Virus record (IMG/VR): IMGVR_UViG_3300020045_008807
Span: 1-40,429 of that record
DNA: 40,429 bases
Reading direction: 5' to 3' (one strand)
Source of the DNA: a virus
Taxonomy: Duplodnaviria; Caudoviricetes
Below are positions 1 through 8,890 of this stretch, in pieces; position 1 is the stretch's first letter, and each line of letters opens with the position of its first letter. The notes beneath the pieces are model-generated. The model was not told the DNA's origin. It searched no databases and saw only the letters and a list, made by a program, of their open reading frames with translations. Both the position numbers and the translations under genes were made by a program.

Positions 1-101
1 TTCATTAGTTGGTTCAAAATGGACATCATCAGACGGACGTGACTTCGTTCTTGTTCAGAATGGAGGAACAGCCCTTCTTTCAGGTAAAGTAGTTCAGGGT
101 C
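1..101. repeat. Inverted copy of internal 37853-37953, probably a chimeric contig end
   Basis: Bases 1-101 are the reverse complement of 37853-37953, which lies inside the 269-aa gene. Confidence 0.9.
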
Positions 102-139
102 TTATTTAATGTCCACTACCCGAGAAACGGACTGACTAA

Positions 140-250
140 CTACTTTTTCTTTGCTTTCACTAATGCCTTTTGTTTTGGTAATCCATGTTTTGCAAACCAT
201 TCTTTTGAAGCAGGCTCAGCTATCATTTGTTTTAATTTCTTTATATTCAT
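140..250 (-). CDS. Small basic protein, 36 aa (MNIKKLKQMIAEPASKEWFAKHGLPKQKALVKAKKK)
   Basis: Translated by hand; ATG lies 1 nt after the stop of 252-482; shares a KALxKA motif with neighbours. Confidence 0.6.
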   Translation of the reverse strand: MNIKKLKQMIAEPASKEWFAKHGLPKQKALVKAKKK

Positions 251-251
251 A

Positions 252-482
252 TTATTTCTTCATAGCCTCGTAATCTTTCTTAGAAATCTTATTTACTTTA
301 AGTCCCCATGGATATCCTTTAGGGTTTTTACTTGCAGCCTTCTTTAATGCTCGACCTTTACTGACATCTATGTATTCTCCTTTCTTTGGAGGCTTCATCT
401 TCATCAAAGCTCTTTTGATGCCTTCTGCTTTTGTCATAGCTTCTTTGTGGTCTTTTGGTATGTGTTGTGAAAAGTATCCCAT
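252..482 (-). CDS. Small Lys-rich protein, 76 aa
   Basis: ORF track; tightly packed downstream of the portal; contains RALKKA. Confidence 0.7.
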   Translation of the reverse strand: MGYFSQHIPKDHKEAMTKAEGIKRALMKMKPPKKGEYIDVSKGRALKKAASKNPKGYPWGLKVNKISKKDYEAMKK

Positions 483-483
483 T

Positions 484-624
484 TTATTTTTTTAAATATT
501 TTAAATCTTTCTTTTGTTCTTCGACCTCTTTTTTCAAACCTTTCTTTGTTTTTAATACTTTGATTAGTCTAATGTGTTCTTTAATTCCTTTTGCCTTACT
601 TAGGGCTTTGTTGCAAGATTTCAT
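484..624 (-). CDS. Small basic protein, 46 aa (MKSCNKALSKAKGIKEHIRLIKVLKTKKGLKKEVEEQKKDLKYLKK)
   Basis: Translated by hand; start overlaps the portal stop (TAATG). Confidence 0.65.
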   Translation of the reverse strand: MKSCNKALSKAKGIKEHIRLIKVLKTKKGLKKEVEEQKKDLKYLKK

Positions 625-2384
625 TATAGTGGCACCTGGCTTAATGCAGCAGATGCTGGTTCATTTGATAATCCCATATCCTGACCAGGAACTGGTTGTT
701 TATTAATATCTACTGGATTTCCTGGATTGGCACTCTCCATTGGTTGAGGAGCTGCTTCTGGAAACATTTGTTGCATGTAACCTTGAGGATTAATGTTCCA
801 CAAAGCAACTTGCTTAGCTGTTTCCATTGGGTCAGGAAAGTTTAATTTCTTAAATAAACTGATTGGGTCTAGTCCTTTCTTATTCCATAAATCTATAGCT
901 TGATTCATTTCTGTAAGCTCGTCTTTAGGTTGCATTGAATTAGGACTTACTGAAACGACAAAGTGTCTGTTCTGATTAGTCATCATTAACTTAGTGAATT
1001 CAACTGCATGAGCTTGTCCCATTATTGCTCCATAATGAGCTTCGTCATAAAATACATAATACAATTGTGTCCACCAATTAAAGATGTTGTCTGCAACTTG
1101 TTCAAGTGCATCTCCTATTCCTCCTCCTATTCTTGTACTATCGTGGCTCTTATTTAAAATCATTCCTCTTGCTGTAGTATTTTCGTCAGGTCTTTGAGCA
1201 GATAATCCTTGAGTTCCATATATTCCTCTTAATGTGTCTTTTTTGATTTGAATAGCATCTAAAAGACCTGGAGGAAGTGAATTGGCTGGCATTCTCTTTA
1301 TTCCTTGAGGGTCTCCAAGTATTGGGTCTCCTTTCTCAAGTGCATCAGCAGCTTGATGAGCAGTTTCTGAAGTGAAGTACTTAGGGTCACAGACGATTGA
1401 GTTGTTTCCATGTCTTAGATTCTTTCCTACTTGCTTATCTTCATCAACAATATCGTCTTGATTAGCAATGTTTTGTTCTATGAGGTTTGTAAAATCATGT
1501 GGTTCTTCTTGCAAACTAAATACTGACAGAAATGTGTAGGGCTTCTTTGCTTTACCAAAGTGATTAGTTTTTCCTTCTTCGTAATTGAAATAAGGGTTTT
1601 TACTCTTATCTAAAATCTCTCCTGCAAATGTAGTAAATGTGTAATCATCATTCCACCATTCAGTATAAGTGATAGTTGTTCCTAGTTTGCCATTGACTTT
1701 ACTCTTAATAAAATCAGCTTTCTTAGGAAAGTATTCAATAGCTTCTTTAGCTGAATATCCACTGATTCTTTCTCCTGTCCATCCACAGAAGTCTCCAAAT
1801 TCATCTACATAACCATTTGGGTCAAAGAGCATATTTGAAGGCTTTCGTATTTCAGTCTTAATGTCATTTGTAGCTTTATCCCATCCATGTTTAACTACAG
1901 CAGTGAAGTATATTCCCCAATGCCATACCATTACACCTAGTTTCTTTCTAAGACAAAGAATATCAGAGTGGAATTGAAGCATAGTCTTTATGTCGTTTGA
2001 TGCTTCTTTTCCTTCTGTTGTATTGTCTGAGAATACTACTGGTTCTGGGTTCTTTGCTAAGGCTTGAGGAACGAATGTTGCTGTGGCTTCAAATAGTAAA
2101 TTAGAAGCACTTGTCTTGCTTCCTTCATTTTGAGTGCCTTTTAAGTATTTTCTATTTAGTTTTTGTCTTACTTCTATCTTTCCTTGGTAGGGTGCATAGT
2201 CATTCTCCCATTTGGTAGCAAGTTCAATAAGCTCAGAATCATCCATTTTAAGGTCTAATTCATCTTCTTCTTCGCCTGTTACTCCTTCTCCATTCAAATT
2301 GCTAAGCATTACCTTGTTAGCATTTGAGTTTACAAGGTTTTCTGCACCCATTATATTTAATTGAAATGCATCTTTGTCTTCCAT
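624..2384 (-). CDS. Portal protein (podovirus/P22-like)
   Basis: 586 aa, downstream of the large terminase; helical, with a TTARG..L segment and a Q/P-rich C-terminal tail typical of these portals. Confidence 0.8.
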   Translation of the reverse strand: MEDKDAFQLNIMGAENLVNSNANKVMLSNLNGEGVTGEEEDELDLKMDDSELIELATKWENDYAPYQGKIEVRQKLNRKYLKGTQNEGSKTSASNLLFEATATFVPQALAKNPEPVVFSDNTTEGKEASNDIKTMLQFHSDILCLRKKLGVMVWHWGIYFTAVVKHGWDKATNDIKTEIRKPSNMLFDPNGYVDEFGDFCGWTGERISGYSAKEAIEYFPKKADFIKSKVNGKLGTTITYTEWWNDDYTFTTFAGEILDKSKNPYFNYEEGKTNHFGKAKKPYTFLSVFSLQEEPHDFTNLIEQNIANQDDIVDEDKQVGKNLRHGNNSIVCDPKYFTSETAHQAADALEKGDPILGDPQGIKRMPANSLPPGLLDAIQIKKDTLRGIYGTQGLSAQRPDENTTARGMILNKSHDSTRIGGGIGDALEQVADNIFNWWTQLYYVFYDEAHYGAIMGQAHAVEFTKLMMTNQNRHFVVSVSPNSMQPKDELTEMNQAIDLWNKKGLDPISLFKKLNFPDPMETAKQVALWNINPQGYMQQMFPEAAPQPMESANPGNPVDINKQPVPGQDMGLSNEPASAALSQVPL

Positions 2385-2389
2385 AATAT

Positions 2390-2623
2390 TTATTTAGAAC
2401 CATTATTTTTATCTTCTCTAAACTTAGTTGCTCTATGCAATTTGTTGTTTTCTCCTAGTTCTTTCCAGTCTCTTTTGGAGTATTTGACTCCTGGAATGCC
2501 TGGCTTCTTTGCTTTAGATAGTGCTTTTGCTTTAGCTATTTTGCTTTCGTTTCTAATATGCTTGCCTGTGACAGCGTCTCTTTCTTTAAAATAACTACTA
2601 CTTTTTGATATTGGATGATACAT
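2390..2623 (-). CDS. Small basic protein, 77 aa
   Basis: ORF track; first gene after the 2694-2722 promoter; contains KALSKAK. Confidence 0.65.
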   Translation of the reverse strand: MYHPISKSSSYFKERDAVTGKHIRNESKIAKAKALSKAKKPGIPGVKYSKRDWKELGENNKLHRATKFREDKNNGSK

Positions 2624-2624
2624 A

Positions 2625-2656
2625 ATAAAATAGCGGACTCCTTTACGGAGCTCGCT
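2625..2656 (-). terminator. Leader hairpin followed by a U-rich tract (possible attenuator)
   Basis: AGCG-AG-CUCC-GUAAA-GGAG-UC-CGCU followed by AUUUUAUU. Confidence 0.45.
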
Positions 2657-2693
2657 TGTTGATTAAGGTTGAGCTAATAATATTACTACTTCC

Positions 2694-2722
2694 ATTATAC
2701 AGGAATAGGAGGAAAAAGTCAA
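2694..2722 (-). promoter_or_regulatory. sigma70-type promoter for the portal operon
   Basis: TTGACT (2722-2717), 17 bp spacer, TATAAT (2699-2694). Confidence 0.75.
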
Positions 2723-2928
2723 CCAATTCTTGCATTAAATATGCTTTCTTGCTTAATTATACTTGAAATCTCTGAATTAGGACCAAAGTGTATGGTTACA
2801 CTACCGTTCTTTGTGTCAAATACGCCTTTTGAGCACAGCAAAGCAAAGGTGTTGTGGAATTGTTGCCAAGATTTAAACATTTCAGCTTCAATAGGAGTTA
2901 AAAAAATTGTTACTTCATTATTATTCAT
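2719..2928 (-). CDS. Hypothetical 69-aa protein (GSVTIHF motif, loosely YezD/DUF2292-like)
   Basis: ORF track; coupled to the upstream HNH gene; family resemblance by eye only. Confidence 0.55.
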   Translation of the reverse strand: MNNNEVTIFLTPIEAEMFKSWQQFHNTFALLCSKGVFDTKNGSVTIHFGPNSEISSIIKQESIFNARIG

Positions 2929-3254
2929 AGATTTATTTTACCTTTATCAAATGCTATATGACATTTACGACATAGTCTTATCCAATCATCTAAATCTCTT
3001 TTGTATGCGTGACTTAAATTAGCCCAATCATATATTTTAGCTTCTGTGGATTGGCAATAGGCACAATAATTTGGAGTTCCTAATCGAACTCTAACCCAAG
3101 CATGCAAAGCATTATAACTAACATTATCACCTTTCCAATTATGATTTTTACTATTTAGTGCAGCAATTCTCATTTTTTGTTTAGTTTTAATAGAATGCTT
3201 CATTCCTAATCTAGACTTATTCCCTTTTTGAAATCCTTGTATTCCTTTTGGCAT
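2925..3254 (-). CDS. NUMOD3 + HNH-like endonuclease
   Basis: KHSIKTKQKMR (NUMOD3), NHNWKG, CAYC...WAN...LCRKCH. Confidence 0.75.
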   Translation of the reverse strand: MPKGIQGFQKGNKSRLGMKHSIKTKQKMRIAALNSKNHNWKGDNVSYNALHAWVRVRLGTPNYCAYCQSTEAKIYDWANLSHAYKRDLDDWIRLCRKCHIAFDKGKINL

Positions 3255-3264
3255 ATATTTATAT

Positions 3265-4899
3265 TTAAAAGTCTAATTTATAACCAATAGAATTAAGGCC
3301 ATTCCCTTCTGTTATGGAACCTTTCATTGCTCTTGGTAAGTTATTAATACCATTGCTTCCTGTGTGTACTATTTCAGCTAAATCTTGACTAAATCTATCT
3401 AGCCCTATACGAGCATAAACATAGCTCATTAGCCAGTGGTCTGGTCCTTTTCTCTTCCATACCCATCTCCAACCATATTGTGGGTCATTTGCATCGCCTT
3501 TAATCTCTTTCACTCTATAGATATTTAAGCAATGATTGAACCAAGGTTGCCAATCTACTAGTTTCCCATAAATAGGACTTCTACTATCAGTGAATTCATC
3601 CACTACTAGTTGAACTAAGCGATTTCTATCAGCTAGGACCTTTCCATCTTCGTCTCCTTCTCCCCATCTAATAAGCTGTTGAGTCTTTGTTTCTGCAGTA
3701 AACCAACACAAGAACACTCTTCCTACATACTTCAATTGTAGTTTCCTTATTCCAATTAAATCTCCTCCTTGGTCACTTATCATAATTGCTCTAGGAAATC
3801 TTTGCATGAGTTTATCTAGTTCGTCATAAGGGTCATATCCTGGCTCTGGGTTTTCAGCAATAGATTTGCAGTATCCATAGTAGAATATTCCATCTTTATT
3901 TGCCAATGTATAATGTATGTTGTGCCCAGTATCTACTCCTATGATTACTCTTCCTTCTTGTTGATTCACCTTATCCCATAAGTTCTTTTCTAGTATTTGT
4001 TGGGATAACATATTTGTAGTATTTATATAGGGAAGTCCAGCAACAAAGTTATGAAAATACTCAGGAGTTTTATCTCTTTTATGTCCTGCAATTACTTCAG
4101 CTGATACTTGAGGAGCTATCCATAAGGGTATCCAATACCCACTCCACTTACCATTCCCAGTCTTTATCCATTCACCCATTCTTCTATTCTCGTCAGTGAT
4201 TATGTTTTGACACTTAGGACATCTAAATACTTCAGCTTTATAATCTATACATTGTTCGTCTAGTGGATAAATCTCTCCACAATCATGTTTGATGTGCCAA
4301 ACCTTCTTATCAGACATCTCCCAGAACTTATCTACTCCAAACTCTGGAATAGTAGGATTACTAAAGACCCATTTATATCCATATTGACTGTGTTGTAAAC
4401 GAGAGTTATATGTCTCTAGAACTTCCTGAGGAGCTTTATCATATTCATCAGCAACTAACATATCCAAAGAAAGCATGATAGCACTTCTGTCTGTCATTGC
4501 TCCTAAGTAAAAGATATAATTCTCATCTATTTGTTTCTGAGAGACAGAGTCTTTTTCTTTAAACCATTTTTCTATGATAGGGTTCTGTTGTGCTATTCTG
4601 TTTACTTTAGACCCTACAAACTTCTGGACCATTTCTACTGTAGGAAGAATATATCCTATGTCAATGTGTTTGTTTCTAGCTAACCATATAGTTTTGAATA
4701 TAGCACAAGTAGAAAAGCCAATTTGTCCAGCCTTTAAACAACAGAGTAGTGGAGATTCGTCTCTGTATATATCAAGTAAATATCTATGCGTGTAGAAGTC
4801 TAGAGGCTTTCCAGTCTCTGTCTTAATGTTATTTTGAACTATCCAAGCAAGAATACTTAAATGTTCTATGTCTTTGAAATTTGCAGCTTCTTGTACCAT
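3265..4899 (-). CDS. terL: Terminase large subunit (GpA-like)
   Basis: Walker A-like LKAGQIGFST, Walker B LVADEYD, SNP motif, Zn-finger HDCG..CPKC, nuclease IGVDTG and PDHW. Confidence 0.9.
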   Translation of the reverse strand: MVQEAANFKDIEHLSILAWIVQNNIKTETGKPLDFYTHRYLLDIYRDESPLLCCLKAGQIGFSTCAIFKTIWLARNKHIDIGYILPTVEMVQKFVGSKVNRIAQQNPIIEKWFKEKDSVSQKQIDENYIFYLGAMTDRSAIMLSLDMLVADEYDKAPQEVLETYNSRLQHSQYGYKWVFSNPTIPEFGVDKFWEMSDKKVWHIKHDCGEIYPLDEQCIDYKAEVFRCPKCQNIITDENRRMGEWIKTGNGKWSGYWIPLWIAPQVSAEVIAGHKRDKTPEYFHNFVAGLPYINTTNMLSQQILEKNLWDKVNQQEGRVIIGVDTGHNIHYTLANKDGIFYYGYCKSIAENPEPGYDPYDELDKLMQRFPRAIMISDQGGDLIGIRKLQLKYVGRVFLCWFTAETKTQQLIRWGEGDEDGKVLADRNRLVQLVVDEFTDSRSPIYGKLVDWQPWFNHCLNIYRVKEIKGDANDPQYGWRWVWKRKGPDHWLMSYVYARIGLDRFSQDLAEIVHTGSNGINNLPRAMKGSITEGNGLNSIGYKLDF

Positions 4900-5423
4900 T
4901 CTTCAAATGCCTTAGCTTTATCCACAGCCTCAGGCGTTAAATTAATTGATTCTCCTTTGGTAGTTATGTCTGTGATTTGTCTTGCTTTATCAAATGTTCT
5001 GTCAAACATTGAGTCTATTGCTTGATTAACTGGTTCTTTAGTAGTAATAAAATAATAAGTATCTTGAGCTTCTGCTGGTTCACCTTCTCCGTTCTCTTCA
5101 TCAACTAAATCATCTAAATATGCTTGTATCTCCCATTCATTAGTTACTAGTTTAGGTTTCTCGCTACGATAGCTAATTCCTCCTTTAGGACCAACAACTT
5201 TAGTTTTCTCTATCTTGTATAAAAACTGTTGTCCTTGTGCAATTGATATTTGAGCATCTAATAATCTTTGAGCTTTTTGCATTATTCTCTGTTTGACTTC
5301 ATGGAATACTCTCTGCTTCTCTAAACCTTCTTCGCTTAAAGAACCAATAGGTCTTCCAGCTCCAGGCCTTGCACCACCCCTCTTTTTTGATTTATTATTC
5401 AAATTTTCAATTTCTTCTTCCAT
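4866..5423 (-). CDS. terS: Terminase small subunit
   Basis: N-terminal RGGARPGAGRP motif; overlaps the start of terL. Confidence 0.7.
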   Translation of the reverse strand: MEEEIENLNNKSKKRGGARPGAGRPIGSLSEEGLEKQRVFHEVKQRIMQKAQRLLDAQISIAQGQQFLYKIEKTKVVGPKGGISYRSEKPKLVTNEWEIQAYLDDLVDEENGEGEPAEAQDTYYFITTKEPVNQAIDSMFDRTFDKARQITDITTKGESINLTPEAVDKAKAFEEWYKKLQISKT

Positions 5424-5424
5424 A

Positions 5425-5544
5425 TTACTTTTTATACAACTTTCTTATTCTAGCTACAGCACTTTCTTTTAATTGGATAATCTTCCCTATTCTTCTCTTT
5501 CTATGTTTGATTACTTTTTTAAATTTTAGTTGTTGTTTGTTCAT
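5425..5544 (-). CDS. Very basic 39-aa protein (MNKQQLKFKKVIKHRKRRIGK...)
   Basis: Translated by hand; fills the gap before terS exactly. Confidence 0.5.
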   Translation of the reverse strand: MNKQQLKFKKVIKHRKRRIGKIIQLKESAVARIRKLYKK

Positions 5545-5830
5545 TTACTTTCTTTTTAGATTTATAATATGACTTCTTTTTAGGAACTATCATATTAGGA
5601 GTAGCTACTGCAGAAGGTTCTAATACTTCTTTCTTGTACATTAAGTCCATAATCTCGTTATTTGCATCTACTCCTAGTGGAATACTATCTAGTGTAAGGA
5701 AGTACTTTGATTCTCCTTTCCTAGTCATTAGTTCTAGTGGACCTTTGTTTGTATTGCATATCAAGCGTCTTATCACAGTTACTCCTAGGAGTTTCATTAT
5801 TTTATCATCGATTGTTTTTGTTTTTTCCAT
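5519..5830 (-). CDS. Hypothetical protein, 103 aa
   Basis: ORF track; fits operon packing. Confidence 0.6.
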   Translation of the reverse strand: MEKTKTIDDKIMKLLGVTVIRRLICNTNKGPLELMTRKGESKYFLTLDSIPLGVDANNEIMDLMYKKEVLEPSAVATPNMIVPKKKSYYKSKKKVNEQTTTKI

Positions 5831-5831
5831 T

Positions 5832-5984
5832 TTATTGTTCTATATTTTTAGCTGCTAATTGACATTTTCTACATATTGGTTGTTGGCTTATGACCATCTG
5901 TGCTATTGATTTGAGATATATTTGTCTTTTTTTTACAAAGAGTTTCTTCTTTCTACAATATACGCATTTTTTATAATTAAACAT
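5832..5984 (-). CDS. 50-aa Zn-finger-like protein
   Basis: Translated by hand: MFNYKKCVYC...PICRKC; two CxxC motifs; fills the gap after the GroEL-like gene. Confidence 0.55.
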   Translation of the reverse strand: MFNYKKCVYCRKKKLFVKKRQIYLKSIAQMVISQQPICRKCQLAAKNIEQ

Positions 5985-7458
5985 GTTGTTCAAAGGGATT
6001 TTTATTAACTTCGACCTTTTCTTCTGGTAAGTAAACTATTGAACTTGCTGTGAGTATTGTACTTGCTATTCCTATTGCGTTTCTGATAGCAGTTTTAAGT
6101 ATTGCTGAAGCATCTACGATGTTTAAACTAAAGCCTACACTTATAACATCACTCCAACCTGTGTTTTCTTTTATTTGATTGTGTGGAGCTCTTAATACTT
6201 GGTGCATTATACTACTAGCAATATTATCTATTGGAAGTTTTTCTGATACTTCAAACAAACATAGTCCTCCACCACTAACTATTCCGTATTTTAGAGCGAG
6301 TTCGCTTGAATGAATAGCATCTTTGGTCTTCAGAAGTTTGTAAGATAGGTCTGTTTGACTATTTGCTCCTAGTTTTAAGATACAAGTTTTGTTATTTAGC
6401 CAATTTAATCTTAACTTACTATCATTATCTCCCTTTTGTTTAAGTAAATCAATGTGTTCTTCTATGTTTCTATGTCCTATGATGACTGTTTCTTCTGCAT
6501 CTATTACTATTTTATCACAAGTTCCTAGGTCAGTAACATACATATTTTTAAAGTTTTTCCCTGTTTCATCTCCTATAATTGTAGCTCCAGTGCACTTAGC
6601 GAAGTCTTCAAAGTAGAAATCTCTCCATAAACTTGGTGCTTTGATTATGCAAATGTGAAATCTTCCACTTTTATGTAGGTCTATGAGCATTGAAGCGACT
6701 CCACTATCCATATCTTGAGCAAATATAACTAAATCCTTCTCTCCTCTAGCTTCTAGGTCTTTGAGTAGTGGATTGATATCATCATCTGATACTATTTTCT
6801 TCTTAGTAACAAGAATCGCTGGATTCTTATACACTGCCTTCCTTTCATCTTCATAAGCCATAAAAGGAGATAGATATCCTGCCATATCAAATCTTACTCC
6901 ATCAATAATTCTGTAGGATGTATCGTAAGTTTCAGAACCTTCTACTTGAATTATTCCATCTCTTCCTATCTTTAAGTAGATTTCTTGTAGTAATTTCCCT
7001 ATATCTTCGCTCTCACTTGCTGTAGTAGCGACATTAATTACTTCATCTAATTCAATTTGTTTAGTTCTTAGGTCTATTTCGTTCTCTATAAAAGGAATGA
7101 GTTTATCTAGTTCTCTTTTAAGCTCTAGTTTGTTTATATCAGCTCCGTATCCTTGCTTAAGTAATTCTGCTAGGAGTATGATTGTGGTTTTTCTACTATC
7201 TCCACTCAATCTATCCTGTCTTTGACAGAGTTCTTTAACAAATTCTAGTCCTATTCTTTCGGCTGGTTCTTCAATTTTAATATCTTTAATTATTGACCAA
7301 GCATCATTGTAGATTGCATGTCCTGGCCTTAGTTTAGTTTCAATTATTACATTTGAACCCATACTTCCATATGTTGGACGAATAAGGCTTGTTGCTACTT
7401 CAACTCCTCTCATTAGCCCTTCTATTGCTTCTTTGTCTTTGATTATGTTAGTTTGCAT
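5977..7458 (-). CDS. groL: Divergent GroEL/Cpn60-like chaperonin
   Basis: IRPTYGSMGSNV, NDAWSI, GDSRKTT (canonical GDGTTT), VATTAS, IGRDGIIQVE, IKAP, GIVSGGG. Confidence 0.9.
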   Translation of the reverse strand: MQTNIIKDKEAIEGLMRGVEVATSLIRPTYGSMGSNVIIETKLRPGHAIYNDAWSIIKDIKIEEPAERIGLEFVKELCQRQDRLSGDSRKTTIILLAELLKQGYGADINKLELKRELDKLIPFIENEIDLRTKQIELDEVINVATTASESEDIGKLLQEIYLKIGRDGIIQVEGSETYDTSYRIIDGVRFDMAGYLSPFMAYEDERKAVYKNPAILVTKKKIVSDDDINPLLKDLEARGEKDLVIFAQDMDSGVASMLIDLHKSGRFHICIIKAPSLWRDFYFEDFAKCTGATIIGDETGKNFKNMYVTDLGTCDKIVIDAEETVIIGHRNIEEHIDLLKQKGDNDSKLRLNWLNNKTCILKLGANSQTDLSYKLLKTKDAIHSSELALKYGIVSGGGLCLFEVSEKLPIDNIASSIMHQVLRAPHNQIKENTGWSDVISVGFSLNIVDASAILKTAIRNAIGIASTILTASSIVYLPEEKVEVNKNPFEQHV

Positions 7459-7723
7459 ATGGTGATATTATACCTTCTTCTAGTGGATTAAATTCTCTTT
7501 CGTGATAATAATATGGATGAATTGGTGGAATTGCTTGTCGATAGTGGTATGCCATATAATTGTAGTTGTCCACTTTCCCCTCAATTAATCTAAAAAACTT
7601 TGACTTCCCACATATTTCACATACTTCTTTTACTCCATCAGGGTATTCTTCTACGATTTCAAATCTGTGTAGCCAGCTTCCTAAGCATCGAGAAAATTGG
7701 AAGAAATTGTGTCTATTCTTCAT
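7448..7723 (-). CDS. Hypothetical 91-aa protein with Cys/His motif
   Basis: C...H...CEICG; lies between groES and groEL. Confidence 0.6.
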   Translation of the reverse strand: MKNRHNFFQFSRCLGSWLHRFEIVEEYPDGVKEVCEICGKSKFFRLIEGKVDNYNYMAYHYRQAIPPIHPYYYHEREFNPLEEGIISPYAN

Positions 7724-7961
7724 ATACTCCTAGTATAAAATCAGGGTCATCTTTAATAAACATATGCCTTACTCCTTGTTCGTCTAAGATTTCAGTAAGC
7801 CCCCAAAGAGTATATCCTATTTTATCTCCTACTTTGATGTCTTTAACTTCACTTCCTACTCCTATTACTTTGCCAATAAGATAGAATTTGGATGTATCTC
7901 CAATTATTTTATTTTTGGAAATTGGCTCGATTGCAATGTTTTGTTTATATGGCTTCCACAT
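7713..7961 (-). CDS. groS: GroES/Cpn10-like co-chaperonin
   Basis: KP....IAIEP, GKVIGVG...IKVGDKI, ILGV C-terminus; short mobile loop. Confidence 0.8.
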   Translation of the reverse strand: MWKPYKQNIAIEPISKNKIIGDTSKFYLIGKVIGVGSEVKDIKVGDKIGYTLWGLTEILDEQGVRHMFIKDDPDFILGVYEE

Positions 7962-7962
7962 G

Positions 7963-8136
7963 TTATTCTTTTTTTAAGACCTTTTCTAAAGGGTCTGTCA
8001 TTTTAATAATTTTTGCCCACTGCTTAGGTTTGATTTCAGCAGCTTCATCAATAAAATTGACTATTGTTTTTTCTTCTTTTTCAACATTAATTTCGCTTAG
8101 TCTCCATAAATTACTTATCCTCTTTAGTAGATTCAT
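7963..8136 (-). CDS. Hypothetical 57-aa protein (MNLLKRISNLWRLSE...)
   Basis: Translated by hand; stop lies 1 nt before the groES start. Confidence 0.55.
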   Translation of the reverse strand: MNLLKRISNLWRLSEINVEKEEKTIVNFIDEAAEIKPKQWAKIIKMTDPLEKVLKKE

Positions 8137-8338
8137 CTTTTATAACCTCGGGTTCAATTATTTTCTTTTGAATAATGAGAGCGACAGTTGTTCTAAAGCT
8201 ATTTGTTCCCTCAATAAGCTCATATTGGGGCATCATACTTGCAACAAACGAGTGTCTAGTTAGAATTTCGTTGAATTCTTTATTAAAAATATCTTTTTCT
8301 TCGTTTGTTAATGGCACTATTGTGTAGTTGTTTTCCAT
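8111..8338 (-). CDS. Hypothetical protein, 75 aa
   Basis: ORF track; first gene after the 8366-8394 promoter. Confidence 0.6.
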   Translation of the reverse strand: MENNYTIVPLTNEEKDIFNKEFNEILTRHSFVASMMPQYELIEGTNSFRTTVALIIQKKIIEPEVIKDESTKEDK

Positions 8339-8365
8339 ATATTATTTAGTTATTATTATAGTTTA

Positions 8366-8394
8366 ATTATACGACTTTCTTTTTTAAAGTGCAA
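8366..8394 (-). promoter_or_regulatory. sigma70-type promoter for the chaperonin/terminase operon
   Basis: TTGCAC (8394-8389), 17 bp spacer, TATAAT (8371-8366). Confidence 0.7.
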
Positions 8395-8491
8395 CTTTTT
8401 CTGGTTATTTTCTTGATTTTCTTCTTATAATTCTTCACATTCGGCACATAAGGAACATCATTCTCTATTGCTTTTTTCCATTCTTCGTCTG

Positions 8492-8749
8492 TCATATATT
8501 TCTTTCGTCAAATAAATCTAATACATAGTCCTTAAATTCGTCTGTTGTTGCATAAGGAATAATTTCAATGTTTTGAATCTCTTTCTTTATCACTTGTAGT
8601 ATATCGGGGAGAATTTGCCTTACATCATAAAGTGCTTGATTGTATCCCAATACTTTGAAATTAAAATTTTGGTCATCTGTTAAAACTGCTGGAATAGTTA
8701 GTTCTCCTTCCTCTGGCAATAACTCTTCGCATTTTTTTAGTAGGTTCAT
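8492..8749 (-). CDS. Hypothetical protein, 85 aa
   Basis: ORF track; GYNQAL motif common in small phage proteins. Confidence 0.6.
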   Translation of the reverse strand: MNLLKKCEELLPEEGELTIPAVLTDDQNFNFKVLGYNQALYDVRQILPDILQVIKKEIQNIEIIPYATTDEFKDYVLDLFDERNI

Positions 8750-8760
8750 ATATCTTATTT

Positions 8761-8866
8761 AATTGATGTGCAGGAACGAGGACTAGAATATGTCATAGGT
8801 TATTACCTCAATACTCTAGTGTGCTAGCAGTCGCCTTGTTATTATCCCCGTTTATGCACACCAATT
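8761..8866 (-). ncRNA. Candidate structured RNA
   Basis: 22-bp closing stem (2 G-U pairs, one 2x2 internal loop) enclosing a second nested hairpin. Confidence 0.5.
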
Positions 8867-8890
8867 TGTTTTTAATTAATTGCTAATGTT

